Assembly (NCBI GenBank): GCA_030390025.1
Contig: CM059431.1
Coordinates: 105,960,001-106,024,000, forward strand
Reading direction: 5' to 3'
DNA from: Squalus acanthias
Taxonomy: Eukaryota
Length of the DNA stretch: 64,000 bases
The position numbers and the translations under genes were made by a program. Of the stretch, positions 51,202-63,887 are shown in pieces. Numbering within the stretch: position 1 is the stretch's first letter; every line of letters begins with the position of its first letter. The notes beneath the pieces were generated by a model. The model ran no database searches. It was not told the DNA's origin and worked only from the letters and a program-made list of their open reading frames with translations.

Positions 51202-52214
51202 TGAAGGGATAATTACTAGTCCTAGCCCTTTTCGGGCTACCCCAGATCAGGCGTATTCCCCAGACGTTCACCTTCAATTAAAGTTAGAGATAGCCAAACT
51301 CAGAGTTAAAAACTTACAGAGCCTGCCTCCGAAGTTGAGAATCGCTTTGCCCCTTCCAGCAACTTCTGACTTTCTATCTGAAAGCTCTATATTTTATACC
51401 CTTTTTGCAGTGGTATATTCTTTGAAGTGTTCTGTTGATGTAAGCTAATTATCTCCAGTCATCTTTCTGTTGACTTCTTTCTATTCTTACTGTCAATTCA
51501 GCTGTTAACTTGCAGAATTGTGTCTCTACCTTTAGGTGTTTGAAAGTTATCATAAAATATGGTTGTGACAGTAGTTTTTTATTTGATGCCATTCTTACGA
51601 AGGTCTCCTATTGAATTCTTAAATTACTTTAACTGCTTGTATTACAGACTTTGCGTCTCCCAACTCTTCCAAGTTCAACACATAAACAATGTGATTGCTT
51701 GGTACATCTATTGATGTAATATTTACAAAGTCTTCTGTTTATACCTTTTACGATATGTAAATCAAAAACACTTCAACCGAGCACTTGATTGTTTCCCCAG
51801 CCATCTTAGTTGGTTGTATTACAAACTTATGTTTCCTGTCTTTCATTTGATATTACTTTTACAAAGACACATGGTTTTTTTAATGTTCTGTGTTTCTTGT
51901 TCGAAGTGTTAGCTTTTAACACTTTAAACTGGGTATAGCTATTGTGTTGGTTCCAAACTGCAGACTTCTTGGAACCTACAACCCTCTGTTTCAATGAGGC
52001 CATTGTCTCAGTGTCAACAAACAACTTCCATTTCAAAAGCTTGTATGGTGTTTACAGCTTTGTGTGCTCATCTTATCTCAGAAGCCTGTATTTACAGCTT
52101 TAGCTTGTTAAGGTTCCCAGATTTTTAAACCCAGTTTGTCATATTTTAATAAAGTCAGAATTCTGTTCATAGGATGGTGTATTTTTCTGAATAGTTTTGG
52201 CTCATTCCTTTACA
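51202..52214 (-). mobile_element. Solo LTR (ERV- or Gypsy-type)
   Basis: TG...CA termini (tgaaggga / tcctttaca), 4-bp TSD ATTT at 51198-51201 and 52215-52218; removal restores CR1 ggccatttggccc. Confidence 0.8.
51312..51398 (-). promoter_or_regulatory. LTR core promoter: TATA box, Inr-like start and splice donor
   Basis: TATAAAA 51398-51392; TCA with A at 51367 (31 nt downstream); donor TCT|gtaagt at 51317. Confidence 0.5.
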
Positions 52215-53070
52215 ATTTGGCCCGTCAAGCCCATGCCGGCTCTCTGCAAGAGCACTTCAGCTAGTCCCACTCCCCTGCCCTTTCCCCGTAGCCCAGCAAA
52301 TTGTTTTCCTTCAGGTACTTATCCAACACCTCTTTGAAAGCCACGATTGAATCTGCCTTCACCACCCTTTCAAGCAGACCATAACCACTCACTGCGTAAA
52401 AAAGTTTTTCCTCATGTCGCCTTTGCTTCTTCTGCCAATCACCTTAAAATCTGTGTCCTCTGGTTCTCCACCCTTCCACCAATGGGAACAGTTTCTCTCT
52501 ATCTACTCTGTCCAGACCCCTCATGATTTTGAAGTGAGTATTCAAATCTAAATTCAGTGATCAGATGCCAAGACTTTCACAACAGGTTAAGGGTGCAGCC
52601 TATTTTCCTATTTAAATGTTTAACAGCACCATGTCACAGCAGAGCACACAGAATTATAATCATTTCTTTATTTTGTTACACAGCACTATTGTAAAAAGCC
52701 ATCCAACATTCAATGAAGGAATAGTTAGAAAGACAGCAGGCAATGCAACAAGAACAACTTGCATTCATACCGTGCCTTTAATGTAGTAAAACGTCCCAAG
52801 GCGCTTACTAAAAGTGAGTGTCCCAGGGCGCATCAAGGGGTTGAGCGTTACTAAGCAAAGCTGATCCAACTTTTGAACTTCGCCCTCCGTTTCCTCGCAT
52901 CAGAAGCATTTCTCAAGTGCTTCCTTTGCATTTGGAGATCAAACAGAAGTTCAGAAACCTGCAATTAGTTGAATCAGCCAGCAGAATCTGAACGGATCAG
53001 AACTGGGTGCATCTCATTGTATTCGTGCATGCTTTAAATGCTACAACAATACCATCACGGGTACTTTGAA

Positions 53071-53512
53071 CGAAAGAAAGACTTATGTTTATACAGCGCC
53101 TTTCACGACCACCGGACGTCTCAAAGCGCTTTACAGCCAATTAAGTACTTTTTGAAGTGTAGTCACTGTTGTAATGTGGGAAACGCAGCAGCCAATTTGC
53201 GCACAGCAAGCTCCCACAAACAGCAATGTGATAATGACCAGATAATCTGTTTTTGTTATGTTGGTTGAGGGATAAATATTGGCCCAGGACACCGGAGATA
53301 ACTTCCCTACACTTCTTCGAAATAATGCCATGGGGTGTTTTACGTCCACCTGAGAGAGCAGACGGGGCCTCGGTTTAACGTCTCATCCGAAAGACGGGCA
53401 CCTCCAACAGTGCAGCACTCCCTCAGCACTGCACTGGAACGTCAGCCTAGATTTTGTGCTCAAGTTCCAGGAGTGGGACTGTGAACCCACAACTTCCTGA
53501 CTCAGAGGCGAG
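53071..53512 (-). mobile_element. DeuSINE, near full length
   Basis: Homology to other copies. Confidence 0.85.
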
Positions 53513-53721
53513 TTCATGCTATGCCCCGGTCCAGTTGCAAACGCATATATAAAATACGAACTGCAGGAAACGTTCTTAAATCTTGATGTATTTAGTGGCC
53601 AAATAGCTTTGAAACGCTATGTGAGGGGATCAACAACACAGAAGTTGCATCAATTTGACTGAAGGCTTTAAGGTAGGAGTGTTTAGAATCTAGGTTCTGT
53701 CATCCTAATCACAAAAAGAAT

Positions 53722-53958
53722 TAAGAAAGACTTGCATTTACATAGCGCCCTTCACAACCACCGGACATCCCAAAGCGCTTTACAGCCAATGAAGTACTTT
53801 TTGAAGTGTAGTCACTGTTGTAACGTAGGAAACGCAGCAGCCAATTTGCACACAGCAAGCTCCCACAAAGAGCAGTGTGATAATGACCAGATAATCTGTT
53901 TTAGTGATGTTGGTTGTGGGATAAACATTGGCCAGGACACCAGGGATAACGTCCCCTC
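53722..53958 (-). mobile_element. DeuSINE 3' half
   Basis: Homology to other copies. Confidence 0.8.
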
Positions 53959-54234
53959 ATTAATATTAAAACATTGCACTCACAGGTTTCAACAATCCGA
54001 CGATGACCAACTGGCTGCCCAGGCACCTTCGAAATGCACCTTAATAGCAAGCTGGAGCTGTACTGCAGCGATGGACAAACTCAAAATGGTGTCAGGTGCC
54101 CACTTGGAGAGTGTTTCGCATTGCTCCACGTAGGGAGCAGGTCTGAACCTTATCCCAAAGTTATACCACTACTTTTTGAGTCAATGGGCCACCAAAATCT
54201 CTCTGCATTGGCATGAAAACAGCAGAACAATTAA

Positions 54235-54395
54235 GAAAGACAGAACTTGCGCCTTTCATGATTCCATGACGTCCCAAAGCGCTTTGCAGCCAATTAAGTA
54301 TTTTTGAAGTATCGTCACTGTTGTAATGTAGGAAACGCGGCAACCAAATTGCACTCAGCAAGATCACAAACAATAATGTGGCAATGGCCAAATGA
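54235..54395 (-). mobile_element. DeuSINE 3' fragment
   Basis: Homology to the SINE tail. Confidence 0.7.
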
Positions 54396-54597
54396 TGGGT
54401 TTTTTTTTTAAACTGATTTTTTTTTTTACTGTATGCAAAACGATTCATTTTATGAAACGAATGGATGGAAGATGTTGGGGATCTGCATCCAAATTCATGA
54501 TAAGCTTTCCCGGTTGGCAAGGATCCGGTGCTGCAGTTTCGTAAAATAATTCCTACAGCGAGCTTGAAAATCGTCACCTGACAGTGAATCAACAGAC

Positions 54598-54708
54598 CTG
54601 AAACGTTAACTCTGTTTCTCTCTCCACAGATGCTACCTGACCTGCTGAGTGTTTCCAGCATTTTCTGTTTTTATTTCAGGTTTCCAGCAGTTGTCGTATT
54701 TTGCTTTT
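54598..54708 (+). mobile_element. Penelope-type terminal fragment (hammerhead 5' half missing)
   Basis: ctgaaacgttaactctgtttctctctccacagatgc...; degenerate flanking repeat gaatcaacagac / gagttaaccgac. Confidence 0.7.
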
Positions 54709-55065
54709 GAGTTAACCGACTGTGTTTCTTTGGGTATTTTACCATTTTGTTCCTGCTTTGTCAGTCTGTGATTTAAACTATTCTTTATTCTGTGCTATGC
54801 GTGCACTACATTCTTTTTAAAGCGTCTGCCTGCGTTAGCGTGAATGCTTTTGAATGTTTTGGAATACACATTTTGAAGCACCTTTCTTTCTGAACTTTGA
54901 GATCTTTGTTGTGTTGCGATCTGGGTGCAGATGACCTCATACACTGCTACCATTTATTGCTGAACTCTGTCTTGGTCTTTTTATTTGTCATATTCTCCTT
55001 CTTGCAATCTCTGAGCAGTTCTGAGATTTATGTATCACATTAGCTGTAGTGCTTATTGTCCTGGC

Positions 55066-55450
55066 AACTCATCCTTCTGTTCAAATCCCTCCATGGCCTC
55101 GCCCCTCCCTGTCTCTGTAATCTCCTCCAGCCCAACCACCCCGCAAGACTTCTGCGCTCCTCCAATTCTGACCTCTTGTGCATCCCCGATTTCCTTCACT
55201 TCACCATTGGTGTCCGTGCCTTCAGCTGTCTAGGCCCCAAGTGCTGGATTCTCTCCCTAAACCTCTCCGCCTCTTTCTCCTCCTTTAAGACGCTCCTTAA
55301 AATCTACCTGTTTGACCAAGCTTTTGGTCACCTGTCCTAATATCTCCTTATGTGGCTCGGTGTCAAATTTTGTTTGACAATTGTTCCTGTGAAGCACCTT
55401 GGGACGTTTTACTACGTTAAAAGCGCTGTATAAATACAAGTTGCCGTTGG
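55066..55450 (+). mobile_element. L2-type 3' fragment
   Basis: LFKSLHGLAPPCLCNLLQP. Confidence 0.85.
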
Positions 55451-56159
55451 TGTAGTTGTGGTGGTGAGTCTGGTCTGATCTGCTTTGTACTTGTACTGTT
55501 TCAGGTTTGCTTTGTGTCTTTATTTGTATCAGTTTGACTGGTGGTGGAAGGCAGGCTCTGTAATTGTCTCTGTTTTGTTCTCTGTCTTCAGCTAAATTGC
55601 ACTTGTCAGTTTCTATTTGTGGTGGCTTGTTCCCTCTGTAAAGTTGGGTTTCATGTCATCAAGTATGCAGTGAGCATCTGCTCGAGATTCTACGTTGTCT
55701 CCGTTTCCCTGTGGCATTTTCGGTGCACTTTTATGTTTCTAATATGCCATTACTCTGCTTGCTATTTGACATTTTGATTGGTTGTTTAACTGCTGTCATA
55801 GCAATGCTGTCAGGAAGTGCTCTGCCTGGTGGGCTGTGTTTAAAAGCATTGTAAGCTGCTCTGATTACTGAGTGCCTCAGACATTACCAAAGGAATATTC
55901 ACGTGTGAAATACATCCCACGTGCATTTCCGTCAAACAACTGTTACTTGTAACCGGTTTGCGTGAACAAAATGTTCAAAGTGGTTGACCACCATCTTCCT
56001 GCACTCACAAGGCTTGGGTTGGAAATGGGGCGATCTGGAATTAACACCACCGTCCACTGTGAAGTCTTGTCAATGAGCAGTGGACTTGGGTGCATGGAAT
56101 GCTGTATTTCCATGCCGGCGTCCCAGAAATGTGGCGAAGATGGTGACTTCAATCAAATG

Positions 56160-57215
56160 TTTGCACTTGAGTCTGAAACTAGGGGGCATAAACATAAGAT
56201 AGTCACAAATAAATCCCATAGAGAATTCAGGAGACACTTCTTTACCATAAAAGTAGGGAAGTCTTGCTACAACTGTACAGGGCACTGGTGAGACCACACC
56301 TGGAGTACTGCGTGCAGTTTTGGTCTCCTTATTTAAGGTGGGATATACTTGCGGTGGAGGCAGTTCAGAGAAGGTTCACTAGGTTGATTCCTGAGATGAA
56401 GGGGTTGTCTTATGAAGAAAGGACTTCGAATGACGAAGGAGCAGCGCTCCGAAAGCTTGTGATTTCAAATAAAGCTGTTGGACTATAACCTGGTGTTGTG
56501 CAACTTCTCACTTTTGTCCACCCCAGTCCAACACCGGCATCTCTGCATCACGAAGAAAGGTTGAGCAGGTTGGGCCTATACTCATTGGAGTTTAGAAGAA
56601 TGAGGGGTGATCTTATTGAAACATGTAAGATTCTGAAGGGTAGATGCAGGGAGGATGTTTCCCCTCGTGGGGGAATCTAGAACTAGGGGGCATAGTTTCA
56701 GAATAAGCGGTCGCCCATTTAAAATGGAGATGAGGAGGAATTTCTTCTCTCAGAGGGTCGTGAATCTTTGGAATTCTCTACCCCAGAGAGCTATGGAGGC
56801 TGAGTCATTGAATATATTCAAGGTGGAGATCGACAGACATTTGAGCTACAGGGGAGTCAAGGATTATGGGGAGTGGGCAGGAAAGTGGAGTTGAGGCCAA
56901 GATCAGATCAGCCATGATCTCATTGAATGGTGGAGCAGGCTCGAGGGGCCGAATGACCTACTCCTGCTCCTATTTCTTCTGTTTTTACTCAGCGAGTGGT
57001 GAGAATGTGGAACTCGCTACCACAGGGAGTAGTTGAGGTGAATAGCGTAGATGTCTTTAAGGGGAAGCTAGATAAACACATGAGGGAGAAAGGAGTGGAA
57101 GGATATGCTGATAGGGTGAGATGAAGAGGGATGAGAGGGGGGGTCATGTGGAGCATAAACAACGGCATGGACCAGTTGGGCCGAATGGCCTGTTTCTGTG
57201 CTGTAAATACTATGC
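56160..57215 (+). mobile_element. Nested CR1 fragments (inner copy about 56248-56980)
   Basis: Outer CR1 breaks at FFT and resumes at 56982; inner CR1 has its own tail. Confidence 0.8.
56423..56551 (+). mobile_element. Short hammerhead-family insert, second copy
   Basis: 9-bp TSD gaagaaagg (56414-56422, 56552-56560); homologous to 17436-17570. Confidence 0.75.
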
Positions 57216-58789
57216 AAGAACATCAGCTCATTAAATTTGCGTTTTAAATTGTTATTTTTTTTTCATAATCAGTGACTGCTTCAAAGGCTAATAGGCCTGT
57301 TAGCATTTGTAGAGAGAAAAGATGGGTCAACATCTGAAACGTTAACCATTTTTTCCTCATTTTATATGCGGACAGCCCGGCTGTGCATCTCCAGCAGTTG
57401 CTGGTTTTTATTTTACATTCACAAAAAATTCAAATTCTCTCTATTCAGTATTTAAAAAATGATATTCTAACTAATCTATCATTACAGCCACTGATGGTGT
57501 CAGGAAACAGCCCTGATGAAATGCCGTGGTCATAAAACAACCACAGTCAGTTATTTATTGCACACTCCTGTTTAGGCTGCTAAGTATACTTTTCAATGTA
57601 TCAACACGTAGGTGAAACCTTGAGTAGTTAAATCCCAGCATCCCCATCCTTCACTTTAATGAGATTCCAGGATCCTCACAGTGCTGCTTTTCATGCGGAA
57701 TTCAATCATTCATTTACAGGATGTTGGTCAATAAGCAATTTCTAAAAAGCTTCATTATTTATTTAATGAGGCGCCTAAATGCCTTTAATTTTCCATTGGG
57801 AAGTAATCAATAAATTTGGCAGTATTGTTTCAACAATTTAAATAAGCAATCCATTTAATGTACCTTTGTGTGGCGGAGGTTTCAATAAGAATAATCAGCT
57901 GCTCTGGGGCCACTGTGACTGTTATTATGCTCTACCCCTCCACTAAAATGCAATTTACTTCCTTTTAAAGCCTGATAGTTCTGGATTTTCCTTTCAAATA
58001 CTACAGTACTCCATCACTTTAACATGCTCCAATAGACTGTGACCTCTGATAGAACTCTCATTCTTCTTTATGGCTCCTTCCTTAATAGCGAGACGATCTG
58101 AAATGGTTTGCTTTTGTCCACGATGTAGATATGCTGTTTTTTGAGCAGCTCACAGAGATACACCGTGTTGGAGACTGGTCAGCTACACGTGTGTGTCTGT
58201 GTATCGATTCATACGATTATACACAGGAAGAGCCCAGAACTCTCCCACACTCTGAAAGCGAGAAACACCCATAGATTGAGAAATTGTGATCATTGTATTT
58301 TCTTCAGTATAAGAACGTGAGGGAGTGTGAAATGAGAAAAGGCCATTTAGATTGGTCAAGTCAGTCATCCTACCCGCTTCTCCCTCACCCCCTCTACACC
58401 CCCACCCCGGACCAAATTCATTTGAATAATATGGACTTTTTCGAAGGCACTCAATCTCCTGAAGGAAGTGAGAAACCACTGATAAACATCAAGGATTATA
58501 TATCTTGGTAATATTAATCCCCAGACCCAACAACCATTGAGGACACTTACAGAATTTGAATCCAATTTTACAACCCACACTTGTAACTCCGTCCAGTTAC
58601 ATTCTTTAGCGAACTGATTCTGGGCCCCATCAGCGCAAGAACACTTGCATTGCGTAGAATATTTAATAATCTGTTTCTGTCCTGATCCTTCTAACCTTCA
58701 ATCTGACTGTTAAACAGATCCTTATCCAGTTCTCTCTTTTTTTTTAAATTGTGAATCAACATAACACAAGTCACTTCTGCTGGAAGTCT

Positions 58790-59915
58790 ATTTCACATGT
58801 CCTCTACTCTGGAAACACAAAATCTATCTCTGCCCTTGCTCGAGGCTTGTCAAGCCTGCATTCATGTGCCTGAGTTCTGTCATCACAGTCCAACTTAAAT
58901 GTCCTGGAGACATCTGCTTTATTCATGCCTCCCATGATTTCAAAAACTTGAATCATGCGGCCTTTTGATATTCTCCTCTCTAATGAAAACAAGTGCTGTT
59001 GTTTGAGGCTTTCACCATAACTCACAGCCCCAGGTCCTGGAATCTTCCTAGTTGGAGCTCACTCCATGCGTCAGCGTCCCTTGGAAGATAGCACGTGCAA
59101 AATGCATATGATGTTCTAAATGTGGTCTTGCAATGAGTTACGTGGGGTTAAAATATTAATTAATAATCAAATGTCCTTGAGGTACATCTCAGTGCCCGGT
59201 TAGCTACATATTGATTGGATACTTTCAGAGAGCGTTACACCCAAATCCACCTTTGCTCATAATTTCTAAGTCCAATGTGCGTTAAGGTACATTTAGCTGC
59301 AATAAATTCAATTGGCTGTGTCTTGGTCCCTGCACTTAATTTGCTCAAATCCCTTTACATGCCATCAATCTCTCTTAGACCAGTTTCCTGACAAGTGTCA
59401 AAAACAAGCATTATACTGAGATATGAAGCATCCTTCTCCATATCACTTCAATACAATGTAAACAGCAGGGGTCCCAGAAGGGATCCCCGCAGAACTCCAT
59501 TAGTCACTGCTCCTCAGACAATGCATTTTGTTTTGCATTCATGATCACCTTCTGCTTTTTAATAGCCAACTTTTCCAGCTTGCTAATTTGCCATTCAGAG
59601 CATGAACCATGAACCGCTTTGAAAATCTCACATCTGGAAATTGATAAGATGCTTTCTGAACATTCCAGTAAAATTATATTCCCCTGATAAGCTTCATTCA
59701 CTGATTTAGTTACCTCTTCAAAGAATTCCAGTAGATTAGTGAGCCATGACCTATTGCTTCCAAAACGATGCTGACTACTCCTGTGGTCTGCGTACTCTTC
59801 ATATTACGCTCTCAAATACCGGCCATACTATTGATGTTAGGTTAACGGGCCTATAGTATTCATCTTAATATTTTGCTACTGACAGAACAACGTTTGCTGT
59901 CCTCCAGTGCTCAGG
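58790..59915 (-). mobile_element. Ancient, highly diverged CR1-like LINE
   Basis: LFSLERRISKGRMIQVFEIM; SQHRFGSNRSWLTNLLEFFEEVT. Confidence 0.7.
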
Positions 59916-60184
59916 CACAGTTCATATATTTATTATCTACAGCCTTGTTTGTTTGATAAAGATTCCCTCCACTGGCTGAGATTCCGCATGCTGACTTGGG
60001 AACATATTTTATTCTGAGTGTTCATTTTCATGAAAAAGTAGACATCAATAAACAGATGAGCAGCACGGGTAAGAAAGAGGTAGTAGACTATATGTCCATT
60101 AGTGACACGCCATTGCATCTTCCTCATGGCCCACAAAGGGTTTAGAGAAGTTAGCAAAAAAAGACAACGAGAGAAGCTGCGACG

Positions 60185-60583
60185 GTTCTCCTTAGAGCAG
60201 AGAGGTTAAGGGGAGATTGAATAGAGGTGTTCAAAATCATGAAGGGATTTGATAGAGTAAAGGAGAAATTGTTTCCAGTGGCAGAAGGGTCAGTAACCAG
60301 AGGACACAGATGTACGGTAATTGGCAAAAGAACCAGAGGCGAGATGAGGAGCAATGTTTTTACACAGCGAGTTGTTATGATCTGGAACGCGCTGCCTGAA
60401 AGGATAGTGGAAGCAGATTCAATAATAACTTTCAAAAGGGAATTGGATATATACTTGAAAAAGAAAAATTTGCAGGGATGTGGGGAAAGAGCAGGGGAGT
60501 GGGACTAATTGGATTGCCCTTTCAAAGAGCCGGCACAGGCATGATGGGCTGAATGGCCTCCTTCTGTGCTGTACAATTCTATG
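60185..60583 (+). mobile_element. CR1 LINE 3' fragment
   Basis: ORF 60227..60508. Confidence 0.88.
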
Positions 60584-61569
60584 AAAAAGCTTGTTAAGGA
60601 ATATGAAAAACTTCTTAAAGCCAATCATTAAAGCCTTACGGTGGGAGGGATAGAAACTAATATCGATTGCTGAACTCCCATTCATAGAAAGACAGTAATG
60701 AAGACCAGAGAGTTATCTAACTCCATTCTTACAAAGACATACAAAGCAAGGGCAAGATTTGGAGATTTGGAAGCATCAGTGCAAGTCATGTATATTGTTT
60801 AAATAAAATTTGTGGGTAGTCGTGGTGAGGTGTAACTTTGTCTCCCTTATTAACCCACTGGGCAGCTCCTATTGGCTCGAGTTAATCTGACTCCCACTGA
60901 ATCCGAAGTGTATCTTGTACATAACTATTTTTCTACTACACACGCACCTCGACTGCTTCACTCACCTGTAGATAAGCCTCATTGCTCTTTGCTTCCTTTA
61001 AAACAATTCTACGTAGCCTTTAGGTTGTTGTCAATCTCCCTGCTCAGCCGCTGTGATCTCACGACTATCTCTCTCTGAGCAAAAGAGAGCATCAAAGTAA
61101 ATCAGATAGGAGATGTTTAAATGAGTATCTAAACATACAATGCCATGTTCTGGTGAATGAGGAGCAGCAGTGGTCCTCGACATTGGTGTGTGTGTATGCT
61201 GGGGGTGGGAGAATTTAAACGGGAAAGCATGTCTAATTTTAACAGAGACGTCTACAGTGCTACCCACGACTGGGAAAAAAAACTTCAAAGTACGTTGGAT
61301 AGATTTGGTAAACCAGCCATGAGAATTTACAATGAGAGGAGCTTCCATCAAAGTGCAGATGGACTTTACTGTGCTCAGTGTTCCAGAACGCATAACGTAA
61401 GCAACTTAGTTTCTCTTCATTGCCCTACATCATGCCACTTTGACTGTTTTTCTGCATTCAGCAAGCCTGGTACCAGGTAGAAGTAAACAATTTAGATTTG
61501 TTCCTTCAAAAACACTGTTCAGTGTATATTTTGATACAGGGCACTAAACAGCCAACAGTCAGTTCCCAA

Positions 61570-61975
61570 TTAGGCACTTTACAACCTTCCAGATTCAACA
61601 TCGATTTCAATAACTTCAGACCATAACCACTGCTCCCATTTTTTCGGACAGCAGGCGCTGGTAATGGTGCTGCTGTTGCCATTTACACCTCCTCTGGACC
61701 CATCTTTTGTTTCTTTACTTGTAGCATTACCATCCCCTTTTGCCTCGCACCCCCATCCCTCTTGTCATTGAAATCTCTCCCATCACAGACCTTCCCTTTT
61801 GTTCTTTCCTCCCCTTCTTCTTTCCCTGGCTCTGTACTTGTTTAAAAAACTGTTCAATCTCCAACTACTTCCAGTTCTGAGGAAAGGTCATCAACCTGAA
61901 ACGTTAGCTCTGTTTCTCGCTCTCCACAGACGCTGCCTGACCTGCTGAGTGTTTCCAGCATTTTCTGTTCTTATG
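61570..61975 (+). mobile_element. Penelope-like element 3' end (ORF terminus plus terminal repeat)
   Basis: LGTLQPSRFNIDFNNFRP* resembles the C-terminus of the Penelope GIY-YIG endonuclease; hammerhead motif downstream. Confidence 0.75.
61873..61909 (+). ncRNA. Minimal type I hammerhead ribozyme motif
   Basis: AGTT-CTGAGGA-A-AGGT catca ACCT-GAAA-CGTT-AGCT. Confidence 0.65.
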
Positions 61976-61977
61976 TG

Positions 61978-63625
61978 AGTTTAACAAAAGAGAGGGACAA
62001 TGCAGACATTGTAGTTAAGGAGGAGGAGTGTGAAATATTAGTCGAGATAAACATAGTGAGAGAGGAAGCATTGAAGGGTTTAGCATCTTTGAAAGTAGAT
62101 AAATCGCCAGGCCCGGATGAAATGGATCCCAGGCTGTTAAGAGAAGCAAGGGAGGAAATAGCGGAGGCTTTGACCATCATTTTTCAATCCTCTCTGGCTA
62201 CAAGTGTGGTGCCGGAGGACTGGAGGACTGCTAGCGTTGTACCGTTGTTTAAAAAGGGAGAAAGGGAAAGACTGAGTAATTACAAGCAAGTCAGCTTATT
62301 ATTGGAAAAAATTCTGAGGGACAGTATTAATCGTCATTTAGAAAGGCACGGATTAATCATGGACAGTCAGCAAGGATTTGTTGAGGGAAGGTCGTGTCTG
62401 ATTAACTTGACTGAATTTTTTGAGGAGGTAACAAGGTCGACGAGGGTAGTGCGTTTGATGTAGTCTACATGGATTTTAGCAAATCTTTTGACAAGATCTC
62501 ACATGGCAGACAGGTCAGAAAAGTAAAAGTGCATGTGATCTAAGGGAAAGTGGCAAGTTGGATCCAAAATTGGCTCAGTGGCAGGAAACAAAGGGTAATG
62601 GTCGACGGGAGTTTGTGTGGCTGGAAGGCTGTTCCCCATTGGGTTCCCCAGGGCTCATTAAGAGGTCCCTTGCTTTTGTGGTATATATCAATGATTTAGA
62701 CTTCAATGTAGGGGGCATGATTAGGAAGTTTGCAGAGGATACAAAAATTGGCCATGTGGTTGATGGTGAGGAAGATATCAATGGACTGGTCAGGTGGGCA
62801 GAAAAGTGGCAAACGGAATTCAATCCAGAGAAGTGTGAGGTAATGCATTTGGGGAGGGCTAACAAGGCAAGAGAATACACAATAAATGTAGGATACTGAG
62901 AAATGTAGAGGAACAGAGGGATCTCGGAGTGCATGTCCTCAGATCCTTGAAGGTAGCAGGACAAGTGGATCATGTGGTTAAGAAGGCATACGGGATATTT
63001 TACTTTATTAGCCGAGGCATAGAATATAAGAGCAGGGCAGTTATGCTAGAACTGTATAAAACACTAGTTAGACCACAGCTAGAGTACTGCGTACAGTTCT
63101 GGTCTCCACATTACAGGAAAGATGTGATTGCACTAGAGAGGGTACAGAGGAGATTTACGAGGATGTTGCCAGGACTGGAGAATTTTAGTTATGAGGAAAG
63201 ATTGGATAGGTTGGGGTTGTTTTCTTTGGAACAGAGGAGGCTGAGGGGAGTCTTAATTGAGGTGTCTAAAATTATGAGGGGCCTAGATAGAGTGGATAAG
63301 AAGGACCTATTTCCCCTAGCAGAGAGGTCAATAACCAGGGGGCATAGATTTAAAGTAATTGGTAGAATGATTAGAGGGGAGTTGAGGAGAACTTTTTTCA
63401 CCCGGGGGTGGTGGGGGTCTGGAACTCATTTGCTGAAAGGGTGGTAGAGGCAGAAAGCCTCATCACATTTAAAAAGTACTTGGATGTGCACTTGAAATGC
63501 CAGAACCTACAGGGCTACGGACCAAGAGCTAGAAAGTGGGATTAGGCTGGATAGCTCTTTGTCGGCCGGCACAGACACGATGGGCCGAATGGCCTCCTTC
63601 TGTGCCGTAAATCTCTATGATTCGA
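61978..63625 (+). mobile_element. CR1 LINE, 5'-truncated, decayed ORF2
   Basis: KSPGPDEM, WRTASVVPLFKKG, LVRPQLEYCVQFWSP. Confidence 0.95.
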
Positions 63626-63887
63626 TGATAAAACTGTCTCTTTGAGTGTCATGGAAGCTCAGAAGCTTCTCAAGCCTCACCTTGAATGAACTGCCTGCAG
63701 TGCCTCCACGTAATTTACTGCTAGCTATCTGCTACTGCCTCTTGTAAAGAAAAGTTAACACACTTCTGAACACTTAATTAGAAATAAAATAAATCAAAAC
63801 ACAAAACTTAGTACCAGTACCAGTACCCAGTTCTGGTTTGCTCTACCCTCAGTCTCAATATGTGCCAACCTGGGTCTAACCGATTTT

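Larger units (their letters stand above)
50250..52533 (-). mobile_element. CR1 3' fragment split by a MITE and a solo LTR
   Basis: catagaat tail at 50250/51161, CR1 continues 52215-52533. Confidence 0.75.
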
